A DNA stretch of 51,400 nt from a virus (lineage: Duplodnaviria > Heunggongvirae > Uroviricota > Caudoviricetes): positions 255,360-306,759 of the IMG/VR virus record IMGVR_UViG_3300013288_000004; one strand, given 5' to 3'. The position numbers were made by a program, and so were the translations under genes. The first letter of the stretch is position 1; the number at the start of each line of letters is the position of its first letter. This document shows, in pieces, positions 26,353 to 36,074 of the stretch. The notes below the pieces were generated by a model. It did not search any database. It saw nothing but the letters and a program-made list of their open reading frames with translations, and had not been told where the DNA came from.

Positions 26353-27768
26353 TTATTCTTGTGATCGTCTTTTCAACAATTCTTCACGCCACTTCATAAA
26401 TCCGTCTTTAGTATCTCTTGTTTTTTGTGTAGTGGTGCTATCAGCTCTATCTCCAATTTGGTTTGGTTGATTAGCTACTTTAGATCCCAAATCAGATATG
26501 TTCGCATTCCTAATTTGCTTTCTATCTTGAATTTTATCATATGCGTCATCGTCTCTGATGGGGGGTGAGTTTGGCATAATCCTATCGACTGGTCTACCCT
26601 TTATAGCATCAACTGCTTTATTATTGTTGCCTAATGATCCCCCACCTTTTCCGTCTCCACCATTTTTTATGATACCTGCAACAGCCTGACCCTTGTCGGT
26701 AAATTTACCATTCTTGTCTAATAAGCCATTTGATTTGAAAGATTCCAATGAACTGGGACTGACCAACACTTTGGTTAAACTATTGACATTTAGAAACAGT
26801 TTAAGTAAATCTGATTTTTGTTTTGATGACATATTATCCACAAAGGCTGAAGCATCTAATGATGTCGTAGAACCCGCTAAACGCTTCGAAAGCGCATTTT
26901 GTTGATATTGACTATCCGATGAAAGTCTTTTTAGAGTTTGGTAGAATTCAATTGCCAGATTGCGTGCACTAAAAACAAAGTTTTTATCACTTAGTAATGT
27001 CATTATATCATCTGTCAATTTTTTATTAAGTACACCAGTCTCGCTAATTACACCCAATGCATTTAAATAGCTAGCTGTAGTTTTTTTGTTATCCAGCTTA
27101 TCCATTACGGTGTTAGTATATCCATCTTTCTTAGCATCTTCCCTAACTTTTATTAAATGCTTTAAGAAAGCTAATTCTGGTGCATCCATTTGTGTAAATA
27201 CTGAAAAAGCTTTTTGTAAATTTTCAGGCAGTTTTGCTACATAGGCTTTACCTGCCTCGTATTCTTCAGCGGAAAGGGTTTCTTTCATTTTCTGAAGTGG
27301 GCTTTTATAGAATTGATCTAATATTGGTTTTATTTGTCCTCGTAACTTACTTATTTTATCCCTTCTGACAGATTCTGCTTTAGTATTGTCAGGAAATTCG
27401 TAGTCCATCGCATTACCTGTAGAGTCAAGAATTGGATCTACTAAACGATATTTTGCAAGTGTATCAAATATGGCCTTCATGTTTCTGGCCGTTTTTTCTT
27501 GATGTTGTGGGAAATGTTGACGGAAAGCCGCTTTTTCTTGTTCGCTGGACATGGAATCCAATTGATATAATTTTCTAATTAGAACTCTATTGTTCATAGC
27601 TGTTCTACCAGAGACTAATTGCCCTGATATCCATTCCTGTGTAGGAGGTATGTAGCCATTTTGCAATATTTTGGCCATAATTTCTTTAGTTATCGCAGGT
27701 GCCATAACTTTCTCGAAATGATCACCACCCGTGATTTTCGATTCAATTAGATAAAAATTAGTTATCAT
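26353..27768 (-). CDS. Hypothetical protein, possible internal head protein
   Basis: 471 aa; MITNFYLIE leader; repeated L..GL....G.LT motifs. Confidence 0.7.
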   Translation of the reverse strand: MITNFYLIESKITGGDHFEKVMAPAITKEIMAKILQNGYIPPTQEWISGQLVSGRTAMNNRVLIRKLYQLDSMSSEQEKAAFRQHFPQHQEKTARNMKAIFDTLAKYRLVDPILDSTGNAMDYEFPDNTKAESVRRDKISKLRGQIKPILDQFYKSPLQKMKETLSAEEYEAGKAYVAKLPENLQKAFSVFTQMDAPELAFLKHLIKVREDAKKDGYTNTVMDKLDNKKTTASYLNALGVISETGVLNKKLTDDIMTLLSDKNFVFSARNLAIEFYQTLKRLSSDSQYQQNALSKRLAGSTTSLDASAFVDNMSSKQKSDLLKLFLNVNSLTKVLVSPSSLESFKSNGLLDKNGKFTDKGQAVAGIIKNGGDGKGGGSLGNNNKAVDAIKGRPVDRIMPNSPPIRDDDAYDKIQDRKQIRNANISDLGSKVANQPNQIGDRADSTTTQKTRDTKDGFMKWREELLKRRSQE

Positions 27769-27795
27769 TGTTTATATTTCCAAAATGTATAAACA

Positions 27796-28464
27796 TTATT
27801 TATCCTTAAAGATTTCAAACATAATTTTTGCGTCATTTATATCTTCTATTGGTTTTGGTATATTTTTGTTCTTTAAGATTGATTCAGAATTATCTCTAAG
27901 GAATGATGACCATGTACACGAGATATCAGATTCTATGATAGCTTTACACATTTCTGTTTTAGTAAATTTACCACCAGCTACACCATCATTATTACGGTAT
28001 TCTATTTTCTTTTTGACTTGAATAGGTTTGTAAGCCCATTTTGCCGTTAATGACTTCAGAGTTTTTGGCGATATGATCGTTACATTGTCTGTAAGTGCTA
28101 AACACTTTAGTCGGATTGTTGTACTCAGAGTCACTAAGTCTATCAAAGGACCAGCGTTAGATGAATAGCTATACCCTTCTATAAAGATATTAATATCATT
28201 CGTACATTCCTTAGAGATTGTGTTAAAAATGAATGCGGATATATTATTATATCTTTTTATTTTTTGGATTTCTGATTTGGAATAATCATCATCCAGTTTC
28301 AAGTCATTCATAATGTGATAATTTAAATATGGTTCACAGATGGTGAACCATTTATTATATCCATTCTTAGTGAGAGCGTAAGAATCATGAGTGATGATAA
28401 ATTTTTTATCATCTATGACCATTGCAGTGCAATTAATAGATGGGTCTATAGTAATAGTATGCAT
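27796..28464 (-). CDS. RuvC-like Holliday junction resolvase
   Basis: TIDPSINCTA, FIEGYSY, ISPKTLK, EDINDA. Confidence 0.75.
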   Translation of the reverse strand: MHTITIDPSINCTAMVIDDKKFIITHDSYALTKNGYNKWFTICEPYLNYHIMNDLKLDDDYSKSEIQKIKRYNNISAFIFNTISKECTNDINIFIEGYSYSSNAGPLIDLVTLSTTIRLKCLALTDNVTIISPKTLKSLTAKWAYKPIQVKKKIEYRNNDGVAGGKFTKTEMCKAIIESDISCTWSSFLRDNSESILKNKNIPKPIEDINDAKIMFEIFKDK

Positions 28465-28646
28465 TAGTATATCGGCACCTTGAACGGTTTCTTGAGTTCG
28501 TTGTCTATACGTTTAGAAATAAATCCAACCATTCTTGACCTTTCTGCTGGTGTTAAATTAAAAGCATCTTCATATTGCACCCCACCTCTCATATAAAATG
28601 ATATTTCAATGCATGCATCTATAACAGAATTTGCATGCATCTCCAT
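28464..28646 (-). CDS. gp51: Baseplate hub assembly chaperone (gp51-like); probably also the -1 frameshift extension of gp26
   Basis: FYMRGGVQYEDAFNLTPAERS motif; weak RBS. Confidence 0.65.
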   Translation of the reverse strand: MEMHANSVIDACIEISFYMRGGVQYEDAFNLTPAERSRMVGFISKRIDNELKKPFKVPIY

Positions 28647-28669
28647 TTCTTTATATAAAGTGGATATTT

Positions 28670-29635
28670 TTACTGGATCGTTTGACCGTAAGGTGTCAAA
28701 AAAAAATTTATTGGATTTATTGCTGTAGGTTTATTCACAACCTTGTTACAATCCTTACAAACAAATTTACAATCGAATGCAATACCCCAATTATGTAATA
28801 CTTGAATTTTCTCTAATAATTCATCCCGCAATGCTACTGGAAGAGCTTCTAACCACCCTAAAATCATATCTTCATCGGTGATACCATCTACTGATGCGAT
28901 CATCGCTGAGAATATTTTCAATTGCGTTGCATGAGTAGCCTCTAGAACATCATCAAATTTAGGAATTAAATTCTGTTTAACCTCAATCAGACTTCGCATT
29001 GTTACTGGTTTAATAGTGACATCAAAAATATCACCTAATACGAAGGCCAAATTTCCAAAATCATCCTTGCTTATTTCTTTCACACTACCGATAAATGACA
29101 ATAAAGATATATCATATTCTCGTTCTACTCTTTGATCCATTGGGGTTTCTAAAGAATCATCGTCACACTTGTAAAATACTTTGATAAATTCACCGTGTGT
29201 AACTTTTCTGATACATGCCAAAAGGAATTCAATATCGTTAGATGACATATCCAATGGTTTTAAAACTCCGGGGACACATCTTTTGATCACACGGTCGATT
29301 GCTGTTCCTTGGAACACCATGTCCGGTGATTTCATTATAAGCTCTTCGTGTCCAGTCATTGGATACACCACAACTTCCCCATTGACTACACTTTCATCTA
29401 TCTCACCATTTTTATAAAAAACACCTCTTGTAGGAAGACGAAATGTCTCACCGGGAATTCTATGTAATTTTTGTAGCAATGGATTTTCAGCGGGTGATGA
29501 TATTTTATTACTGATAATATCGGTTACACCAACTTTAGCCACAGGAGTAGCTTCTTCTAATTTTTGTTGAATCTCTTTTGTATTGGTAGGCGCAACATTA
29601 GTAGCAAAGGCTTTTTCAAAATCTTCTTTATTCAT
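28670..29635 (-). CDS. gp26: Baseplate hub protein (gp26-like)
   Basis: RLPTRG, YPMT..EE, D.EFLLACIR, CKDC, terminal INFF. Confidence 0.8.
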   Translation of the reverse strand: MNKEDFEKAFATNVAPTNTKEIQQKLEEATPVAKVGVTDIISNKISSPAENPLLQKLHRIPGETFRLPTRGVFYKNGEIDESVVNGEVVVYPMTGHEELIMKSPDMVFQGTAIDRVIKRCVPGVLKPLDMSSNDIEFLLACIRKVTHGEFIKVFYKCDDDSLETPMDQRVEREYDISLLSFIGSVKEISKDDFGNLAFVLGDIFDVTIKPVTMRSLIEVKQNLIPKFDDVLEATHATQLKIFSAMIASVDGITDEDMILGWLEALPVALRDELLEKIQVLHNWGIAFDCKFVCKDCNKVVNKPTAINPINFFLTPYGQTIQ

Positions 29636-29732
29636 ATATAACTCATACTCTGTTATTTCGATTCTATTTATGTGGTGTAAAATATGTGTTTTTCGTAACG
29701 GCTAAATAATTAGTATATTTGAGAGTTGGAAA

Positions 29733-30428
29733 ATGTTTGAACATAAGATAGTATTAAAAGTCAAAACCTTCGCAGCTAATGAAGCTGCGGCTGCACGAAT
29801 CAATGATATGAGAGCCGCGCCGCAAACATTGAGTACAGCAGAAAGAAACTCACCCAATCAAACATCATCTGGTACATCTGACACAGAAAATGTAGATGAT
29901 GATATCTTTGAAAAGAGAATGGTTACTTTTCACTCCACTCCAGAAGTTAGTGAACAGGGGACTGTTAATTATATTGATATTTCCGACATTAGAGCGGCTG
30001 GTTCTCACTCCGTATATCTTGGTTCTCCTGCTAGAGTATTTAATATAAATCATAAGTTTATCTCTAGAACTAGGATAGAGGCTGAGAATACATGGAGGGC
30101 AATTAACACATTACGCGGATGGAGAATGCCAAAAAATGGCATTCAACCGGCATCTGGTATAAATGTTATGAATACTGGCTTAGATACAAATGCGCCATCT
30201 GTATTAAATCTATTTGGATATGGAAAGACCTTCAGAGGAATTCCAGTCGTAATAACAAGCTTAACTTTTGACTGGAATTCTGAATCCGATTATATTAAAT
30301 GTAATAATGGATCTGATATTCCGATTATCCTTCCAATGACTATTTCTCTCAAGGAAATGCGAACATACTGGGATATGAATTCCTTTAATTATGATCAATT
30401 TAGAAGAGGAGAATTGATGTGGTGGTAA
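29733..30428 (+). CDS. Baseplate/tail-tube initiator-like protein
   Basis: PSVLNLFGYG..IPVVITSL...P.ILPMTISLKE pattern; start of baseplate operon. Confidence 0.55.
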   Translation: MFEHKIVLKVKTFAANEAAAARINDMRAAPQTLSTAERNSPNQTSSGTSDTENVDDDIFEKRMVTFHSTPEVSEQGTVNYIDISDIRAAGSHSVYLGSPARVFNINHKFISRTRIEAENTWRAINTLRGWRMPKNGIQPASGINVMNTGLDTNAPSVLNLFGYGKTFRGIPVVITSLTFDWNSESDYIKCNNGSDIPIILPMTISLKEMRTYWDMNSFNYDQFRRGELMWW

Positions 30429-30799
30429 AAAAGACACAGTTTCGTCAATATCAAAATAAAAATTCATTAAGGAAAAGATATTGTAGGTATGCTCAGGGTG
30501 GAAATACCGATGAATTTACGAATAGATTGGGATGGTGGGAAAGATTTGATTTGACAGATACACAAAATGATGATATTTTTATTCCCAAATTATCTAAGAC
30601 ATATGAAAAACGTCCAGACTTATTGGCTTTTGATATGTATAATCGTTCAGATTATGATTGGGTAATATTACAATATAATAATATCGTAGATATTGAAGAA
30701 GAGTTTATTACTGGAGTTAGTTTGATAGTGCCCAGTAAACTTAGAGTAAATATAGACATCATGAGTAATGCGTCGAGAAATATAAATGTCGAACCCTAA
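30419..30799 (+). CDS. gp53: Baseplate wedge protein (gp53-like)
   Basis: RPDLLAFDMYNRSDYDWVILQYNNI LysM-like motif. Confidence 0.8.
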   Translation: MVVKKTQFRQYQNKNSLRKRYCRYAQGGNTDEFTNRLGWWERFDLTDTQNDDIFIPKLSKTYEKRPDLLAFDMYNRSDYDWVILQYNNIVDIEEEFITGVSLIVPSKLRVNIDIMSNASRNINVEP

Positions 30800-32615
30800 A
30801 AATATATTTGATCAATATGAAACGCTTAATACAAAACATTTGTTATTAGCGTGGAAATACACCGAGGATGCGTGTAAAACCAAAGTACCAACCATGGGTA
30901 TTGGTGGTCCCGGATCAGAATTACCGAAGACGCATTGTCAAGGTGGAAAAGCTATCGTCATTGTTAATGAATTAGTAGACCAACGATATTTTATTAACCA
31001 TGTATCATGGACGTTTTCTTATTATAGCCCGATAGAAATTTCAAGTACTTCAATGTTGGGTAATATTCAAATAGCCTCGCAAATAAATTACGAGTTTCCC
31101 ACATTCATAAAAAACGTTACTTCACAATTAGACATGTGTGCGACACATATTACGTGGTGGTTGAGAACTTGTTTTATAGGAACTCGCGTAGACGGTGGAG
31201 AGGACTATCATTTTGCAAAACCATTAATGTTCCACGCTGCTGATAATTTTTATAATATAGCCAATACAAAATCACACATATATGGTATGAATTTTATGGC
31301 TACATATAATACATTCGGTCAATTGACTAACTTTTCTGGCATTCATCAGTTAACTATAACACATAAAGATGGCGCTTTACATAAAGAGATTCCAAAACCA
31401 GAAGCACCAAATTGTGGAATATTAACTAGAGCGGCAGAGGATGCTGCCAAAGCCGAAGCAAGAGATAAAAGATTGGAAAAAAGTAAACCAATGAAAACTC
31501 TGAAGGATATCTTTGAGGCATTGGAATTAGAACTAAAAGAACAAAGGTTCGCACACAAGCGACAATTACAAGAATGGTTAACAAATGTAAGAGATGATTA
31601 TGTCAAAAAGATAGATGAACCTGTCCAGAAAAAAGGCGAAGAATTACCGTTAGATTATATAATAGCAGTTGGTGATGCTGCCGATGGTCCGGTGGATAAT
31701 AGAAATATGCCATTTGAACAGCCTGAACAGGGACAAGATAAGCCGGGTATCAGATCAATAACATTGCCTCCGGGGCTGAATATAATATCAGCAGTAGATT
31801 ATCTTATGAGATATTCAAAGAGAATGGGATTGGTTTCCGCAGATGGGGGAACATGGAAAACAAACCTCTGTATAGTGCGCCGCTGTGGTGGTAAATATGA
31901 TTGTTTCATAAACATAAACGGTGCGGAAATAGCAAAAAATGGTTTAGAGACGGATACAGGTCCGGGAAAGAGCGCTGTTGGACAACCATTGGAATTTAAT
32001 TTCAGTCTTGAGGGAATGGGATATGAGAATAAAGATGATTTAGATATAACAAACTTTCAGGTTTCATCTATATCAGACCACGGCTGGGCAGTTATGGAAG
32101 AACAAGTCGAAGAAGATGAAGCGGAAGTTAATTATGGTTCTAGAGAGCAGATGACGTTTGAGAGAATACCTGACAAAAAATATTTTTGGTCACAATTTTC
32201 TGGAGTACGTGGGTTATCTTCTCCTAAAAATTATGGGTTAGAAAGTGCAGAAGACGCAGCAAAGATAGATATGTCTTTTCATACGTTGAAGCGTGCACAA
32301 ACTTCAAGAAATATGATGAGGATACGTGGAAATTTTGAATTATATTCAGATTTATGTAGAAACCCGTGGAAAGTTAAAAATAGCGATCCAGATCTACCAC
32401 TATTATACAAATTTCCAGAGAGATATCCAATTTATATGAAAGTTAATATAAAATTGACAAGGGAGGGTGGATTACTAGGCCAGCAGGATGTTCCCGGAGA
32501 TCAAGAGTATTTTTATCACCAGAAACATTATCATGCTACAACAATCACAAGTGTCATTCAGGGATCAGATTTTTATCAGATTATTAATTTAGCAAGGGCA
32601 GATGATATTATATGA
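30786..32615 (+). CDS. Baseplate hub-like protein (gp27-like position)
   Basis: 609 aa just upstream of gp5; MRIRGN and Y...ITS...GSDFYQ.INL C-terminal pattern. Confidence 0.55.
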   Translation: MSNPKNIFDQYETLNTKHLLLAWKYTEDACKTKVPTMGIGGPGSELPKTHCQGGKAIVIVNELVDQRYFINHVSWTFSYYSPIEISSTSMLGNIQIASQINYEFPTFIKNVTSQLDMCATHITWWLRTCFIGTRVDGGEDYHFAKPLMFHAADNFYNIANTKSHIYGMNFMATYNTFGQLTNFSGIHQLTITHKDGALHKEIPKPEAPNCGILTRAAEDAAKAEARDKRLEKSKPMKTLKDIFEALELELKEQRFAHKRQLQEWLTNVRDDYVKKIDEPVQKKGEELPLDYIIAVGDAADGPVDNRNMPFEQPEQGQDKPGIRSITLPPGLNIISAVDYLMRYSKRMGLVSADGGTWKTNLCIVRRCGGKYDCFININGAEIAKNGLETDTGPGKSAVGQPLEFNFSLEGMGYENKDDLDITNFQVSSISDHGWAVMEEQVEEDEAEVNYGSREQMTFERIPDKKYFWSQFSGVRGLSSPKNYGLESAEDAAKIDMSFHTLKRAQTSRNMMRIRGNFELYSDLCRNPWKVKNSDPDLPLLYKFPERYPIYMKVNIKLTREGGLLGQQDVPGDQEYFYHQKHYHATTITSVIQGSDFYQIINLARADDII

Positions 32616-35326
32616 AAGCAGAACTCAATCATGATTTATCATTATTTTATGATGAATTTTGGAAATTGCAAGGCGTGGATAACGCCGGTGAAAACTATGC
32701 AAAATTTTTATTATATCCATCTGTTGGTATCGTCCTTAATACAGATGATCCATTACAAATGGGTAGGGTCCAAGTATTTTGCCCAGCATATGGAGACAAT
32801 CCAAAGAAATTGTTACATCTCCCATGGTGTGCCTATGCTAGTGCGTTTGGCGGATCAATTAAGAATAAATGCTTCACCAGAGGCGTAAAGGATGGTCCAG
32901 AGAAATCTACAGGCGCAGTCCAATATGGTTTCTGGGCAGTGCCAGAGCAAGGCGCGCATGTTGTAGTGGGTTGTTTAGACGGTGACCCTAAGCGTAGATT
33001 TTATTTTGGATCATTACCAGAACATCAAGAAACACACACTTTGTTTCATGGTAGATACAAATGGGGAGAGGGCGGTATTCCTAACGGACCATTAACTTCC
33101 GATGGCGAACCTATAGAACCAGCATACACCAATCTGGGTAAAGCTTTCCAAGATGATAGAACATCTAGAGAATGGAAAACCAGAGTCGCGGACTATCAGG
33201 CTACAGCGGTACGAGAGGATGTAGGTGAAGTTCCCAATGATACAAAAGACAAATACCTTGACCAACAGTATGATAAAATTTCAGATGCGGAACAAGATGA
33301 TTGGGTGAAGCCTATACTAGGCGCACATGGATATGATTGGACAGGGTTCAAAGGCACTGGCGCGTTCTTATCCTCAAGAGCTTATGGATTTTCTACACCG
33401 GGTTTTCATGCATGGTCAATGGATGATAGAGCATTTAATTCTAGAATTAAATTAAGGTCTGCTACCGGTCATCAAATCATAATGGATGATACTAATGAAC
33501 GTATTTATATTATGACTAACAAAGGCAAATCATGGGTAGAGTTAGATTCTAGCGGGAATATTGATGTATATTCAGATAAAAGAATATCAATGCATGCTAA
33601 ACAGGATATTAATTTTACCACTGACGAGACTTTTAGAGTTCATGCTAAGAAAGGTATACACATGTATGCTGGTAATAATATATCACAAGAAGATCTGGAA
33701 GCAGTGCCAAATGATGGTGAAATAAGAATACAAGCCGAAGATGATTTTCATCTAATAACAAATAAAAACATGAGATGGTACTCATATGAAGATTCTCTTT
33801 TTGAGATTGGTGGAAAAAAATGTGAATCTATAGGAGATTCATATTATTTACATGTACAAAACGACATTCATACTATAACGAATTATGGTTCATATTTTTT
33901 AAGCATATCTGCTGATATTAATGAAATAGTTAATGGTAGTGTAAAAAGATATGCATTGGGTAATCAAGCTTATGCTGCTGATGGAGATTTTGAATCATTC
34001 GCGTTCGGCGGACAGATGGACATAGGATCACAACGTAATTTTAATATAAAAAGTATCGCAGAAGATATAACAGTAGAAAGCATGGGTAGTAATACTTCAT
34101 CTAGTGGTGGTGTATTTATAAAAACTCCACGATCACAGCAAGGTATATCTAATAAAGGTATATTCATGGCGACAAAAGAAAAAATTAGGGGGAGATCAGA
34201 AGAAGATACAGATTTTGAAGTAGGAAATACTAACATACAAGATAGACCAACATTAGAAGATGATGATTTGTTGTGTGAAGGGGTCGGTCAAATTGATTTA
34301 ACAGGGTTAACTGGCGCAGATTTAGCAGCGGCAGCAGCCCATAACGCTGGATTTAGGGGCAATGATCTATTGACAGCAGTGGCTATAGCTGGTGGCGAAT
34401 CATCATATAACCCAAATGCTAGAAATGGGGCAGACGCTTCTGGTGATGGTGTGTGGGGGTCTTCTCAGGGGTTATGGCAGGTTAGAACTTTAAATCAGAA
34501 TCCAAATAATAGTACATATCGCGGAGATCATCTGCGCGTTAATGATGGCAGTCTTTATAATGCCCAACAAAATGCTAATGTGGCAGCACTAATAAGTAAT
34601 TTATCAGCAAATAATGCACAGGGTCAGGGGGCAGATTTTGGCGCGTGGACTGTATATAGAGAAGGAATTTATAGGAATTATGAAGATCTAGCAAGACAGG
34701 CTATAGCAAATGTTTGTGGAGGTGGTGGTCCAATGTCATATTCACCATCATCCAAATTCACTTCAGCTTTTTCCGCACCCCTTGGGATAAGCTCAGATGT
34801 TACAGGTTGTGTCGGGCAGACTATTCGCTCAATGGCCGAAGATTTCATAGATAATTGTTTAGAATCCGCAAAAACGGCTCTAATAATAAAATCACAAAAA
34901 ATGATTATGAAAGCGGTTGACGATTTAGAATTTAAAATAGATGATACTATTATAGGAACATCCGTTAAGAGTATTGTTGGAAAGATCACAGAATTGGTCG
35001 GTTTTGCAGATGGTATTGGTGCGGTATTGGAGGCAGCGTTCCCGGCGATTTCGGCTGCATTATCTGCATTGGGTGGATCTATTTCTTTACCGGCGATCCC
35101 AACTGGTTGGTTAGCCGCATTGGATGCTTTGGGTGGAGATATAGCAGCTTTTTTTAAACCATTGGCAGGTTTGTTGGATATGTTTGATGATATTATTGCA
35201 ACAATATGCGATCCGCCTAATGTTGACATACCATTCTTCAAAAGTGTATCACAAAGTATATTTTATTATGATAACCACGATTTGATAGGATGTCTTTCAC
35301 TACCAGATTTAGGAGATATATTATAA
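32612..35326 (+). CDS. gp5: Baseplate central spike (gp5/VgrG-like) with inserted lytic-transglycosylase domain
   Basis: DDPLQMGRVQV OB-fold, beta-helix region, AVAIAGGESSYNPNARN...GLWQV...FGAWTVY. Confidence 0.85.
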   Translation: MKAELNHDLSLFYDEFWKLQGVDNAGENYAKFLLYPSVGIVLNTDDPLQMGRVQVFCPAYGDNPKKLLHLPWCAYASAFGGSIKNKCFTRGVKDGPEKSTGAVQYGFWAVPEQGAHVVVGCLDGDPKRRFYFGSLPEHQETHTLFHGRYKWGEGGIPNGPLTSDGEPIEPAYTNLGKAFQDDRTSREWKTRVADYQATAVREDVGEVPNDTKDKYLDQQYDKISDAEQDDWVKPILGAHGYDWTGFKGTGAFLSSRAYGFSTPGFHAWSMDDRAFNSRIKLRSATGHQIIMDDTNERIYIMTNKGKSWVELDSSGNIDVYSDKRISMHAKQDINFTTDETFRVHAKKGIHMYAGNNISQEDLEAVPNDGEIRIQAEDDFHLITNKNMRWYSYEDSLFEIGGKKCESIGDSYYLHVQNDIHTITNYGSYFLSISADINEIVNGSVKRYALGNQAYAADGDFESFAFGGQMDIGSQRNFNIKSIAEDITVESMGSNTSSSGGVFIKTPRSQQGISNKGIFMATKEKIRGRSEEDTDFEVGNTNIQDRPTLEDDDLLCEGVGQIDLTGLTGADLAAAAAHNAGFRGNDLLTAVAIAGGESSYNPNARNGADASGDGVWGSSQGLWQVRTLNQNPNNSTYRGDHLRVNDGSLYNAQQNANVAALISNLSANNAQGQGADFGAWTVYREGIYRNYEDLARQAIANVCGGGGPMSYSPSSKFTSAFSAPLGISSDVTGCVGQTIRSMAEDFIDNCLESAKTALIIKSQKMIMKAVDDLEFKIDDTIIGTSVKSIVGKITELVGFADGIGAVLEAAFPAISAALSALGGSISLPAIPTGWLAALDALGGDIAAFFKPLAGLLDMFDDIIATICDPPNVDIPFFKSVSQSIFYYDNHDLIGCLSLPDLGDIL

Positions 35327-35661
35327 TGATGCCTCAAGTCAATTTTAATGTTGTAAATGGATTTAGATCATTTACCATGGGAGCGGTAAGAGAAGAATAT
35401 GCGCCACCGTATGCCACACCAGCATGCTTATCAGAAGCCAAACAGGCATTATGGACAAACAGAGTCCCAATGCATGAACCGTGGCCCCGTGTGATGAAAG
35501 GTGATACAAATCCTCCTCCTAATTCAAAGAATCAAGAATATAAGAAAAACGTACATCATTTTGATCAATATGATAATGAAACTAGTCCTGCTGGGTTACA
35601 ACCAATTGGTAGAGTAGAAGGTGATGAAGACATCGATAGAGGACCATTGTGGAGAAGATAA
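35326..35661 (+). CDS. Hypothetical spike-associated protein
   Basis: TAATG-coupled to gp5, AGGAG RBS; RVPMHEPWPR. Confidence 0.65.
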   Translation: MMPQVNFNVVNGFRSFTMGAVREEYAPPYATPACLSEAKQALWTNRVPMHEPWPRVMKGDTNPPPNSKNQEYKKNVHHFDQYDNETSPAGLQPIGRVEGDEDIDRGPLWRR

Positions 35662-35685
35662 ATATATTTCAAACAATGGATTTAT

Positions 35686-36063
35686 ATGGCTGACGATTAT
35701 TACTATAAAGGATTCTCTTTCAAGAATTTCCAAAGAAATAAATCTTTTATATTAAAAGATGTCGAATTAGTGAAAGAAGATTTAAGAAATCATATATTCA
35801 CTAGGTTTGGTGAAAGAGTCAAGATGGCAAATTTTGGGTCCAGAATTCCAGATATGCCATTCGAACCTATGGATATAGAAAATCTCACCATAATATACGA
35901 GGATATGGAAACAGTTTTTAGATATGATCCAAGGGTTGAATTGTTGAATTTAACTGTTCTACCAGATTTTGATGAAAATATCGTTTTAGTATATGCAGAG
36001 TTGTATTATCGTGAAATAAACATTAATGATCGTTTCGATCTAAAAATAGAATTCCAAAATTAA
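35686..36063 (+). CDS. gp25: Baseplate wedge protein
   Basis: NHIFTRFGERVKMANFGSRIPDMPFEP, YDPRV. Confidence 0.9.
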   Translation: MADDYYYKGFSFKNFQRNKSFILKDVELVKEDLRNHIFTRFGERVKMANFGSRIPDMPFEPMDIENLTIIYEDMETVFRYDPRVELLNLTVLPDFDENIVLVYAELYYREININDRFDLKIEFQN

Positions 36064-36074
36064 GGCAAAAATAA

